DNA of 64,000 nt from a virus. Its lineage: Duplodnaviria; Caudoviricetes. The notes beneath the pieces were generated by a model. That model ran no database searches and was not told the origin of the DNA. It was given only the letters and a program-made list of their open reading frames with translations. Below are positions 54,924-63,128 of this stretch, in pieces (position 1 is the stretch's first letter; every line of letters starts with the position of its first letter). A program made the translations under genes and the position numbers. The stretch lies in the IMG/VR virus record IMGVR_UViG_3300050491_000011. One strand, written 5' to 3'.

Positions 54924-56513
54924 ATGGAACTTGTTAAACTTATCTTCGTGGAAACTGAAGGCAGCGACACTCCAGTCATTCGCCCTTACGAAACCTCGTT
55001 GAAGAAAGACGACCTCGATCTGTTTGCAAAGGCAACCGATGATGGTGCGAACCTCAGCACTATCCGGCTGGCCAAGGTTGTAGCTCCACTCCTCGGTCCA
55101 TCGAACCGCCGGCAGCACAAGTCCCACATCGCCAACGGCTGGTCCGAATCCCGGATCATGTTCGGCATGGTTGTTAAGGTGATGAACCGTGACAACGCCA
55201 GCACCTACGAGTATATCGTGGGCTATACCGACAACAGCGAACACGCCCGTCGTGGCGACACCGCGAAGTTCGATGCTGGCATGAAAATGTACTTCAATAA
55301 CATTACGAGGGTTCACATGCAGGAATCCCGTCACCGTAATGATAACATCTGGGTGCCGAAGATTCAGGCGCATGACCAGATCCTCCTGCGTTCCAGCCTG
55401 ACCGGTTCTGATCGTGGCACTACCCGTGGCGGCGATCGTCCAGTTACTCTGCGTCCTACCGACTTGTTCAAGCGCGGTGGTGCAGATGCGGCATTCGGGT
55501 CGTTCATGCGTGATAACGATTCGAACGTAAACAATACCGTTGGTTCGTTCAGCTCGGCTATCCGTGCATCGAACGTTGTCAACAACAGCCAGACCGCATA
55601 CGCGGCCCGTAACCTGAATGCGTGGATGCAGGCGAGTAATTCGCCTAACGATGCGTACGTTGGTGACGGTAATGATGAAGACACCATCCAGGCAGCTTCT
55701 GATCGTTTGGCAGAGAACTCTCTGGAACTCGATCCGTATCTGGAGCGTATCAAGCGTGATACCAATATTCTCCGTGAAGGTTGCATTACTTTCGGCGAAC
55801 TGATGGACATGAACGAAGACTTCGATGAAGATCGTCAGTTGATGTTCGTTCCGTTGGACAAGCGTAAGCGCGGTGGTTTCATCAACAACTCCGCATGGGG
55901 TGAAGATACCAACGAGGCAATCGCTGCGACCATCATCGCAAACTCCCTGCCCGGCATTCTGATCAACTCGATGTATTCGTCGGTATCTGGTCTGGTGCTG
56001 AACAGCCGTGCGCGCTTCGGCGAGTACAAAGTGGTCTGCTCTGAGCCAACTCCGTTTGCTCCAGGCATGTCGGTTAAGGCGAACTGGCCATACTTCGAAA
56101 GTCAGATCGAACACGTTCTGATGGAAGAAGTTGGTTGCGGTGGTGCGTTTGAGTTTGAAGCGTACATCGACGCGAACATCGACCAGTACATCAAGATCCG
56201 TATCCGGATGGATGGTGGTGAAGAAGCATCGTTCAACTTCCCAGCTTACGCGTCCAGTCTTCTGGCGCCTACGCAGGATAAAGACTTCAAGTCGCTGGAC
56301 AAAATGTCGAAAGGCGTTATCGATCTGGCTTCCGGTCTGTCGAACATGCGGATGTCTCGCGCAGGCATCGGGTCTCAAGAAGATGGTCTCAACACTGGCA
56401 GCGAAAGCCGCATCAAGTTGGGCGCCAGCAAAGAGCCTCGTTCTCGTGACAATGATTACAGAGCCGCTCCAGCAGCAGCCTCTGGCGATAAGAAAGGTGG
56501 TAAGGGCTGGTAA
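54924..56513 (+). CDS. picA: Phage-nucleus import factor PicA/Imp1-like (phiKZ gp69-like)
   Basis: 529 aa with VIRPYET and IANGWSESRIMFGMVV; canonical position after the gp68-like gene. Confidence 0.75.
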   Translation: MELVKLIFVETEGSDTPVIRPYETSLKKDDLDLFAKATDDGANLSTIRLAKVVAPLLGPSNRRQHKSHIANGWSESRIMFGMVVKVMNRDNASTYEYIVGYTDNSEHARRGDTAKFDAGMKMYFNNITRVHMQESRHRNDNIWVPKIQAHDQILLRSSLTGSDRGTTRGGDRPVTLRPTDLFKRGGADAAFGSFMRDNDSNVNNTVGSFSSAIRASNVVNNSQTAYAARNLNAWMQASNSPNDAYVGDGNDEDTIQAASDRLAENSLELDPYLERIKRDTNILREGCITFGELMDMNEDFDEDRQLMFVPLDKRKRGGFINNSAWGEDTNEAIAATIIANSLPGILINSMYSSVSGLVLNSRARFGEYKVVCSEPTPFAPGMSVKANWPYFESQIEHVLMEEVGCGGAFEFEAYIDANIDQYIKIRIRMDGGEEASFNFPAYASSLLAPTQDKDFKSLDKMSKGVIDLASGLSNMRMSRAGIGSQEDGLNTGSESRIKLGASKEPRSRDNDYRAAPAAASGDKKGGKGW

Positions 56514-56553
56514 AGCCCTTTTCACAAAACCCTATTAATGACCACGGGAATCA

Positions 56554-57831
56554 GTGATGAGTGTAAGTAAGCTCGATCGAATGAATGCCTTCAATCGGAA
56601 GATCCTACTCGAAGTAGGCGTTTTCGAAGAAGAAGTTGATGATGGGCATCTGTCCTATCTGAAGGACGGTAAGCCGTCTCCAGTAACCTTGAACAAGACG
56701 CGCCTGTGCATTACTGTACAGCGTATCCTGAAAGAAGGTCTGGGTGAAGAACGTACCGGGTTCCAGCCTCTTGCTGAGCAGATCACCGAAGGTCCAAGTC
56801 CTGTACTGAACGCCTTCAAGAACTACATCGGTGAGCGCATCAAGGCAACGGTTCGCCATATCGGCCTGTCGTTGATGGAACTGGCATCCGACTCCAAGCG
56901 GCATAAAGGCATGTCTGCCAAGGCTTCCAAGTATCTGACCGCTCTGGCAGGTATTGGTGAAGTCGATGAAAAGACTGTCGATACCATGCGCAAGGTGTTC
57001 GATGCGGTAAGTCAGGTTCCTGAGAAGCACCTGATCTCCATTATCCTGAAGGCTAAGACCGACGACGGTAGTCTGCGTCAATCGTTCGTATCCTTTCCGA
57101 TCATGGATGAAGCCGATAGCGAAGAGACCGAAACCTTCTTTGGCGTGAAGATGCCACGGAAGACCAAGGACAAAGCGCTGATTGTATCGGTTCTCGAATA
57201 CATCCTGGGCGACGAGCCAGCTCGCAAGATGTACACCTCCGGCAGTAAGAACGGCAACTCGCCGTACTTCCACAGCCTGTTGTTGTCCTTCCACAAGCTG
57301 GCAACTCGGTTGAACGACATCCTCAACGTGCATTCGGCCAAGTGCCCATCGTTCGAAGAGCTGAAGTTCAATCTGGACTGGACCGACGAACTCGATAACT
57401 TCGACGACTTCGCGAAGGTTTGCAGCCGAGCAGTTCCTGCTCTGCCGGGTAACACCGGTAAGGAAATCGACGAAGAACGTTCTGCGTTCGAAGCAAGTGC
57501 AAGTGATGTTGGTGCCGATGATGATCTGCCGTGGAATGAACCTAAAGCCAAACTCAGCATCGGTAGCGATGACGAGAAGCGTCCGGCCGCTGGTTCGAGT
57601 TTCCGCGACACTGTTAACAGCTCTCGTTCGAGCCGTGATCGTGATGATGATCGCTCGGATAGCCGTTCGAATCATGGAAGCTTCCGTGACCTGATGGGTG
57701 GCAAGAGCCGTGACCGCGATCGTGATGATCGTGACAGCCGTCGTGAAAGCCCGAGCTGGCGCTCAGGCCGTGACCGTGACGACCGTGACCGTGATAGCGG
57801 CCGTGGTGGACGCGGTGGCCGTGGCTGGTAA
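56554..57831 (+). CDS. Nucleus-associated protein (phiKZ gp70 position) with an RD/RS/RGG-rich C-terminal tail
   Basis: 425 aa ending ...RDRDRDDRDSRRESPSWRSGRDRDDRDRDSGRGGRGGRGW. Confidence 0.75.
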   Translation: MMSVSKLDRMNAFNRKILLEVGVFEEEVDDGHLSYLKDGKPSPVTLNKTRLCITVQRILKEGLGEERTGFQPLAEQITEGPSPVLNAFKNYIGERIKATVRHIGLSLMELASDSKRHKGMSAKASKYLTALAGIGEVDEKTVDTMRKVFDAVSQVPEKHLISIILKAKTDDGSLRQSFVSFPIMDEADSEETETFFGVKMPRKTKDKALIVSVLEYILGDEPARKMYTSGSKNGNSPYFHSLLLSFHKLATRLNDILNVHSAKCPSFEELKFNLDWTDELDNFDDFAKVCSRAVPALPGNTGKEIDEERSAFEASASDVGADDDLPWNEPKAKLSIGSDDEKRPAAGSSFRDTVNSSRSSRDRDDDRSDSRSNHGSFRDLMGGKSRDRDRDDRDSRRESPSWRSGRDRDDRDRDSGRGGRGGRGW

Positions 57832-57837
57832 TTAGCA

Positions 57838-57882
57838 GCATAGAGAGGCGGGGACTTCCCCGCCTATTCTACTTTTCTTTTT
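57838..57882. terminator. GCATA-hairpin bidirectional terminator
   Basis: AGGCGGGGA-CT-TCCCCGCCT between convergent genes, with a T-rich 3' side. Confidence 0.75.
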
Positions 57883-57887
57883 GTCCC

Positions 57888-58229
57888 CTAACTAGCGTTC
57901 AGGCTAGTACGGTAGATTTGTTTAAACCGCGCAACCAAGGCCATGTCAGGCACGAGGATGTGGTTGATCGTTTCATCAATCTGGTGGATAGAGGTAAACC
58001 CGTTAACTCGCATCACCAGATAATGATCCTCAAGTGGTACGCTGTTCGCTAAAAGGAACTGCGTTAGGTCGAACCTGTAGAGATATCCAGTCTCAGGAGC
58101 TACCGGTACTTGACGGGTGGAATCCGATTCTCTGAAGTACATGATCAGAGAGTCTACGTACGTCCGATATTCTTGAGTGAGTGTGAAGCTTGAGGGAGAC
58201 GCTACGATCCACTTGGAGATGCCAGTCAT
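57888..58229 (-). CDS. Small antisense gene, possibly LysM-like (T4 gp53 / tail X-like baseplate) protein
   Basis: YRFDLTQFL...YLVMRVNGF...ILVPD pattern; AGGTAAG ribosome-binding-like site. Confidence 0.55.
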   Translation of the reverse strand: MTGISKWIVASPSSFTLTQEYRTYVDSLIMYFRESDSTRQVPVAPETGYLYRFDLTQFLLANSVPLEDHYLVMRVNGFTSIHQIDETINHILVPDMALVARFKQIYRTSLNAS

Positions 58230-58252
58230 GTGCTTACCTATAAAAGTCTTGA

Positions 58253-58265
58253 GTTATACATTACC
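58253..58265 (+). promoter_or_regulatory. GTTATACATTACC candidate promoter of the nvRNAP beta/beta' operon
   Basis: Motif about 42 nt upstream of ATG 58307. Confidence 0.6.
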
Positions 58266-58306
58266 GAAATAGAATCTCAGCCCAAAGTAATAAGGAGACC
58301 GATTGA

Positions 58307-60487
58307 ATGAATCCATTTGATCCAACCGATCATTTACCTCAAGAGCGCTACACCATTCCGCCGGAGATGGTTCCGATCAGTGGTTTGAACTCTCAATTCA
58401 AATGTGTCTCTGGTGCCCGTCAGGCAATGTTCACCGGTAACCTGTCCCAAGTATTGATCGTGGATGGCCGTACCCGTAAACGCCAGCAGACTGGGTTGGA
58501 ACGTGAGATTGCCAAAGCTACATTTAACCATCAGTTTCCTCGTGAAGCTGTGGTACTGGCAATCATCCCCCGCTTTACATCCCGTAACTTCGGCGATAAG
58601 TTCCAGATCAACCCGTTCGATCTGGTGATCTACGAGGATTGGGAAACGAAAGAACTGGACGTGGTTGAACTCAGCAAGTTTCACGTAATGCACCAGCATT
58701 ACGGGTTTGAGTTCGAGTACGATCAGGACGTCTACGACGCCATCACCAAAGGTAAGCGCTTCAAGGCAGGTACTGTAATTGCTCGTTCTCCGGCTGTAAC
58801 GGATGATGGCGACTACATGTACGGTCTGGAAACCAACGTCTGCATGATCTCTGATCCGGCAGGTACTGAAGACGGTGTAAAGATCAGTCAGAGTTATGCC
58901 AAGCGTATTCGCTCGACAGGCTTTGAAAGTCGGATTGCTCGCTTCGGCGGCAGCCATTACCCGATTAACTGGAACGGTAACCTGGAAGAGTACAAACCTA
59001 TTCCAGACATCGGTGATTTCATCCAGTCAAACGGTCTGATCTGCGCTTCACGGCCTTTCGATCCAAAGTACGATCCAGTCTACATGACTCGTACTAAGCT
59101 GCTTAAACCGCAGTATGGGTTGGATACACCGCTGTACGGCGTACCTAACGCTCAGGTCGTAGACATCCGAGTCCTTCATAACGATAGGCTGTCTTCCCCG
59201 AAACTACCTAAGGAAATGACTAAACAGTTCCTGAAGTACTACGAGGCTGACCAAGAGTTCTACACCAAGATCGTTAAGACGTGCCTCTGCCGGAAAGGTA
59301 ACTTCCTGGCTGACGACGTTGCAATGTCTCCACGTCTGCGCATCCTCCTGTACGAAGCAATCGCACGTAGCGGTGAGCGTCTGCTGGAAGAAGGCATCTG
59401 GCCGAAGAGCAAAGCCGACCAACTGCGTGTTCGCACGAAGTATCGCGGTGAGATCTTGGATGAGTTCCGTGTGGAAATCATCTATCAGTACAAGACCTCT
59501 GTGGGCGAAGGCCCTAAGGTTACTGACCAATCTGGTGGTAAAGGCGTTACTTCGGCGGTTGCTCCAGACGAAGACATGCCTACTGACGAGAACGGCGTAC
59601 GCGCCGACGTAGTGATCTTCTCGAACTCTACGGTAAACCGCCTGAACAACGGTCGTCAGCATACTCAGGTTATCGGCGCTGCTGGTCGTGACATCATCAA
59701 ACGTGTACGTAAGTCCTACGGTCTGCCACCTGTTGGCGCGATCGACAAGGCTGAAGTCAAGCGTGTGGTGACGTCTCAGAACAACGTGGCTGTGACCATG
59801 AAGAACTTTGCGTACATCATCGGCTTCTATAAGCTGGTGGCTCCGGCGATGTACGAACGTCTTACTCGCAACGATATCATTCCGCAAGGTATTCACTTGC
59901 AGCATGTAATCGAAGTGATCATGGACGGTGAAGTTGACCACGGTCTGTTCCTGCAACTCGCTTCCAGTGATGAGGTCTACATGGACCAAGTCATCCGGGA
60001 GATCGAGGCTGGTCCGTACATGCCAGACTTGACTCCGGTTAAGTATCGGAATCTGGCTGGTGAGATGGTAACTACCAAGACCAAGATCCTGATCGGTCCT
60101 GACTACTACCTGCCTTTGGAGAAGACGGCTACCGACGGTTCCGGTGTATCGTCCTCCAAGACAAACCACTTCGGCGTTACTGCCCGTCTGACGAATGCTG
60201 ACAAGTATTCCAGCCCTGGCCGTGAAACCGTAACCAAATCTACCGGTGAGTCCGAAGCGCGTAACCACGCTCACGCCTACGGTGCTGAGCCCCTTGCTCA
60301 CATCATGGACTTGAACTACAACCCGGTGGTTCACAAAGAAGCCTGTATGACGATCCTCACTCACGAGACACCGACCAACATCGAATGTCTTGTTGACCGT
60401 GAGAAGTTTAAGCTTGGTGGACATCGTCCGCTGGCTTACGTTCGCCACATGATGGCCGTATCTGGTAAGAATATCTCCAGGGAGTAA
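58307..60487 (+). CDS. Non-virion RNAP beta-like subunit, C-terminal half (phiKZ gp71-73-like), uninterrupted
   Basis: SGARQAMF, TEDGVKIS, GPKVTDQSGGKGV, ADVVIFSNS and TGESEAR, all beta region H/I-like motifs. Confidence 0.9.
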   Translation: MNPFDPTDHLPQERYTIPPEMVPISGLNSQFKCVSGARQAMFTGNLSQVLIVDGRTRKRQQTGLEREIAKATFNHQFPREAVVLAIIPRFTSRNFGDKFQINPFDLVIYEDWETKELDVVELSKFHVMHQHYGFEFEYDQDVYDAITKGKRFKAGTVIARSPAVTDDGDYMYGLETNVCMISDPAGTEDGVKISQSYAKRIRSTGFESRIARFGGSHYPINWNGNLEEYKPIPDIGDFIQSNGLICASRPFDPKYDPVYMTRTKLLKPQYGLDTPLYGVPNAQVVDIRVLHNDRLSSPKLPKEMTKQFLKYYEADQEFYTKIVKTCLCRKGNFLADDVAMSPRLRILLYEAIARSGERLLEEGIWPKSKADQLRVRTKYRGEILDEFRVEIIYQYKTSVGEGPKVTDQSGGKGVTSAVAPDEDMPTDENGVRADVVIFSNSTVNRLNNGRQHTQVIGAAGRDIIKRVRKSYGLPPVGAIDKAEVKRVVTSQNNVAVTMKNFAYIIGFYKLVAPAMYERLTRNDIIPQGIHLQHVIEVIMDGEVDHGLFLQLASSDEVYMDQVIREIEAGPYMPDLTPVKYRNLAGEMVTTKTKILIGPDYYLPLEKTATDGSGVSSSKTNHFGVTARLTNADKYSSPGRETVTKSTGESEARNHAHAYGAEPLAHIMDLNYNPVVHKEACMTILTHETPTNIECLVDREKFKLGGHRPLAYVRHMMAVSGKNISRE

Positions 60488-60518
60488 TCCCTGGCGGTAC
60501 AACGTAGGAGCGTGTTAA

Positions 60519-62498
60519 TTGGCAAGTCACCGTCGATTCAGAGCCCGTGATCTGTTCGAACAAATGGTACATCTTTGGCCGTGTAAAGAATACGAGGAGT
60601 TCATCCTCGAGTTTGATGACGGCGATACGATGACCACCACAACAATCAATACCCAGATCTCCCGCAAGCTCTGGTTGCCACACGAGGTGTACAACAAACT
60701 CGGCATCTATAAACGTCACCACATCGGTAACGGTTCGATGTCCAATGAACGCATCCATGAAGTACAGGCTGCGATCACTGAAGACATGTACAACACGTAC
60801 GGTGAGAAAGGCTTTAACCGTGAAGAGTTGTGGCGACACAACTATTACGGCACCAACCGTCTGTACAACGAATCGATCATCGAGTATGCGGCGTATGTTC
60901 GCGGCAGTAACTCGTTCGACTTCAGCCATCTGTACGAGTATCCGCCAATCCACAAGATCCGGACCGAATGTAAGCCTAACAAGCTATCAATCGAGAAGGC
61001 TTACGATGCGGCGAAGTTGGTTCTGGAACGTGACCCTGCATTGGCACGTAACGTAATCATCTCTGACCTGCGGGCTGGTCTGCTCAAGATGGAGCAGTTG
61101 CTTCAGATCCTCATCGTGCGTGGCTACAACACCGACATCGATGGGCACGTATACAGCAAACCAATCATGGGCAACTACTTCGCAGGGATTCATGATCCAG
61201 CTGAAGCCATGATGGAATCCACACTGGCCGCTAAGGCTATCATCTTTACTGGTGCGCCGCTCGAACAAACCGAGTATGCAAACCGGAAGATGCAGTTCAC
61301 TACCCAGCAGGTTGACTTGCTGGTAATGGCTGACTGTGGATCGACTGAGTACGGAGAGATTGAGATCACCAAGTTCAGGTTCAAAGCCATGGACGGTCTC
61401 AACTATCTCGATCCTGATACCAACAAGCTGAAACCCCTGCGGATGGCTGACACTCACCTGATCGGTGAGACACGCAAGTTCCGTCTGGCGTTCAACTGTA
61501 AGTACCGGCATCACAACAACGTCTGCAAGATGTGCTACGGCTTGCTGGCGTATAACGTGCCGTTCGGTGCTAACATCGGCCACATCGCATCTACAATGAC
61601 CCAATCGGAAGTATCTCAGGCAGTGTTGAAGGTTAAGCACTCTGAGGCGTCTGCTTCTTCTGATCCGATCATCATTCAAGATGAAGAAAGACCGTACATC
61701 CTCCCAGCATCTGAAGGTCACCAGATTCGTCTGAACCCAAGGCTGGGCGTTAAGGGTATTCCGCTGATGCTTCGCGGTGGTTACTCTCAGGGTGTTCACA
61801 ACGCATCGAAGCTGCCTGTACTGAAACGTAACGATCTGCGTGCTGGCGTAAACATCGCCAAGTTCAGTCAGTTCCGTGAAGTCAGCTTTGAGCTGCCTAG
61901 CGAGAACAAGCAGTCGAACCGGGTACACGTCACGGTATCCCGTGGCGCTCGCATGTCGAACCTGACTCGTGAGTTCCTGGACTACTTCCTGAAGAAAGGC
62001 TTCCGAATCGATGATGATGGTTATTATCGGATTGATCTGAAGGATTGGAACTTCGACCTGCCAGCCTTTGAAATGCCAAACCGTCACGGTAGCATGAAGG
62101 ATCACGCAGCAGTAGTGGAAGTAATGATCCGCTCTACTCGTGACTCTAACCAGCGTCACCTCGGCCGGTTGAAGCAACTCAAGGACTATGCTAACCCAAC
62201 TGAAGCAATGTTGGATACGCATGAACTGATCGCGCTGAAGGTTCCTGTTCACTTCACCCACGTCGCTATTGTGTTGCTGTCTATGATGGTATCCAGTACG
62301 AAGTCCGGTGATTACAGGATTCCACCTCTGGGCGAACCTACACGGTTTGCTAAATACGATCACGTAATCAGTGGTCGTTCCATGGGTGCGTTCTTCGCCT
62401 ATCAGGGTGGTCGTAACCTGCTAGATACACTTGAGCAGTACATGATGAACGAACGGGAACAACATCTGCTTGATCCACTGCTGATGCCCGGCTGGTAA
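60519..62498 (+). CDS. Non-virion RNAP beta'-like subunit, C-terminal half (phiKZ gp74-like)
   Basis: TTG start; DCGS; zinc site CKY...VCKMCYG; IGHIASTMTQSEVSQAVLKVKH bridge/trigger-like region. Confidence 0.88.
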   Translation: MASHRRFRARDLFEQMVHLWPCKEYEEFILEFDDGDTMTTTTINTQISRKLWLPHEVYNKLGIYKRHHIGNGSMSNERIHEVQAAITEDMYNTYGEKGFNREELWRHNYYGTNRLYNESIIEYAAYVRGSNSFDFSHLYEYPPIHKIRTECKPNKLSIEKAYDAAKLVLERDPALARNVIISDLRAGLLKMEQLLQILIVRGYNTDIDGHVYSKPIMGNYFAGIHDPAEAMMESTLAAKAIIFTGAPLEQTEYANRKMQFTTQQVDLLVMADCGSTEYGEIEITKFRFKAMDGLNYLDPDTNKLKPLRMADTHLIGETRKFRLAFNCKYRHHNNVCKMCYGLLAYNVPFGANIGHIASTMTQSEVSQAVLKVKHSEASASSDPIIIQDEERPYILPASEGHQIRLNPRLGVKGIPLMLRGGYSQGVHNASKLPVLKRNDLRAGVNIAKFSQFREVSFELPSENKQSNRVHVTVSRGARMSNLTREFLDYFLKKGFRIDDDGYYRIDLKDWNFDLPAFEMPNRHGSMKDHAAVVEVMIRSTRDSNQRHLGRLKQLKDYANPTEAMLDTHELIALKVPVHFTHVAIVLLSMMVSSTKSGDYRIPPLGEPTRFAKYDHVISGRSMGAFFAYQGGRNLLDTLEQYMMNEREQHLLDPLLMPGW

Positions 62499-62506
62499 TT
62501 GACAAA

Positions 62507-62537
62507 CATATCGGCGGGGTAATCCCCGCCTTTATGC
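62507..62537 (+). terminator. CATA-hairpin-TTTATGC element
   Basis: GGCGGGG-TAAT-CCCCGCC followed by TTTATGC. Confidence 0.65.
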
Positions 62538-62560
62538 TCCAATTTATAAGAGAGGTTGTA

Positions 62561-62977
62561 ATGGCTAAGCAACAATTTGTATCTGTAAGGTTTGAAGGGG
62601 ATAGCGCCTCGACTCTCTTCAGCGGAGTCGTTTATAAGAAGCTACCCGTTAAAGACGATGCGTTACGTTTCCTACATATCGAACGTAAAGGCAACACTAA
62701 CTTCATCTTCGATGCTACCCGCGCCGTAGACGAGCTTCCAGACTCTCTGGCGATAACTTGGGAACGTGAAGGTGCCGGCGCAACATTCACACTGGCCGAG
62801 CGTAAGTACGCGGTCAGCATCTATACGGTAATTGATGTTGAGCGTGACAGCCCGTTCTACTTCCTTGACGAACTTCCTGACGGCACATGGCGTCTATGCC
62901 ACAGCAAGTTCTTTATCCCATGGCATCATGATTGCGTAGAAACAATCACAATCCAGAAGGTCCAATACACTGACTGA
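62561..62977 (+). CDS. Hypothetical protein
   Basis: GAGG ribosome-binding site before ATG 62561; followed by a hairpin at 63005-63026. Confidence 0.65.
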   Translation: MAKQQFVSVRFEGDSASTLFSGVVYKKLPVKDDALRFLHIERKGNTNFIFDATRAVDELPDSLAITWEREGAGATFTLAERKYAVSIYTVIDVERDSPFYFLDELPDGTWRLCHSKFFIPWHHDCVETITIQKVQYTD

Positions 62978-63128
62978 GTTGTCCAAGGAAGTCCAGTAGT
63001 GTCCGAGGCGGAGTGATCTCCGCCTTAACTCTGGGTTTTCTTTTGTGGTAAGAACTAACTAGAGACGTATATCTATTATAGGCGAAGTGTGCCGTAAACG
63101 CACTAGGTAGATATTTGGGGAGAACGTC

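Noticed and set aside
57700-57800. GACCGT/GATCGT short tandem repeats
   Set aside because: Codon-level reflection of the RD-rich protein tail; no spacers, so not a CRISPR or regulatory array.
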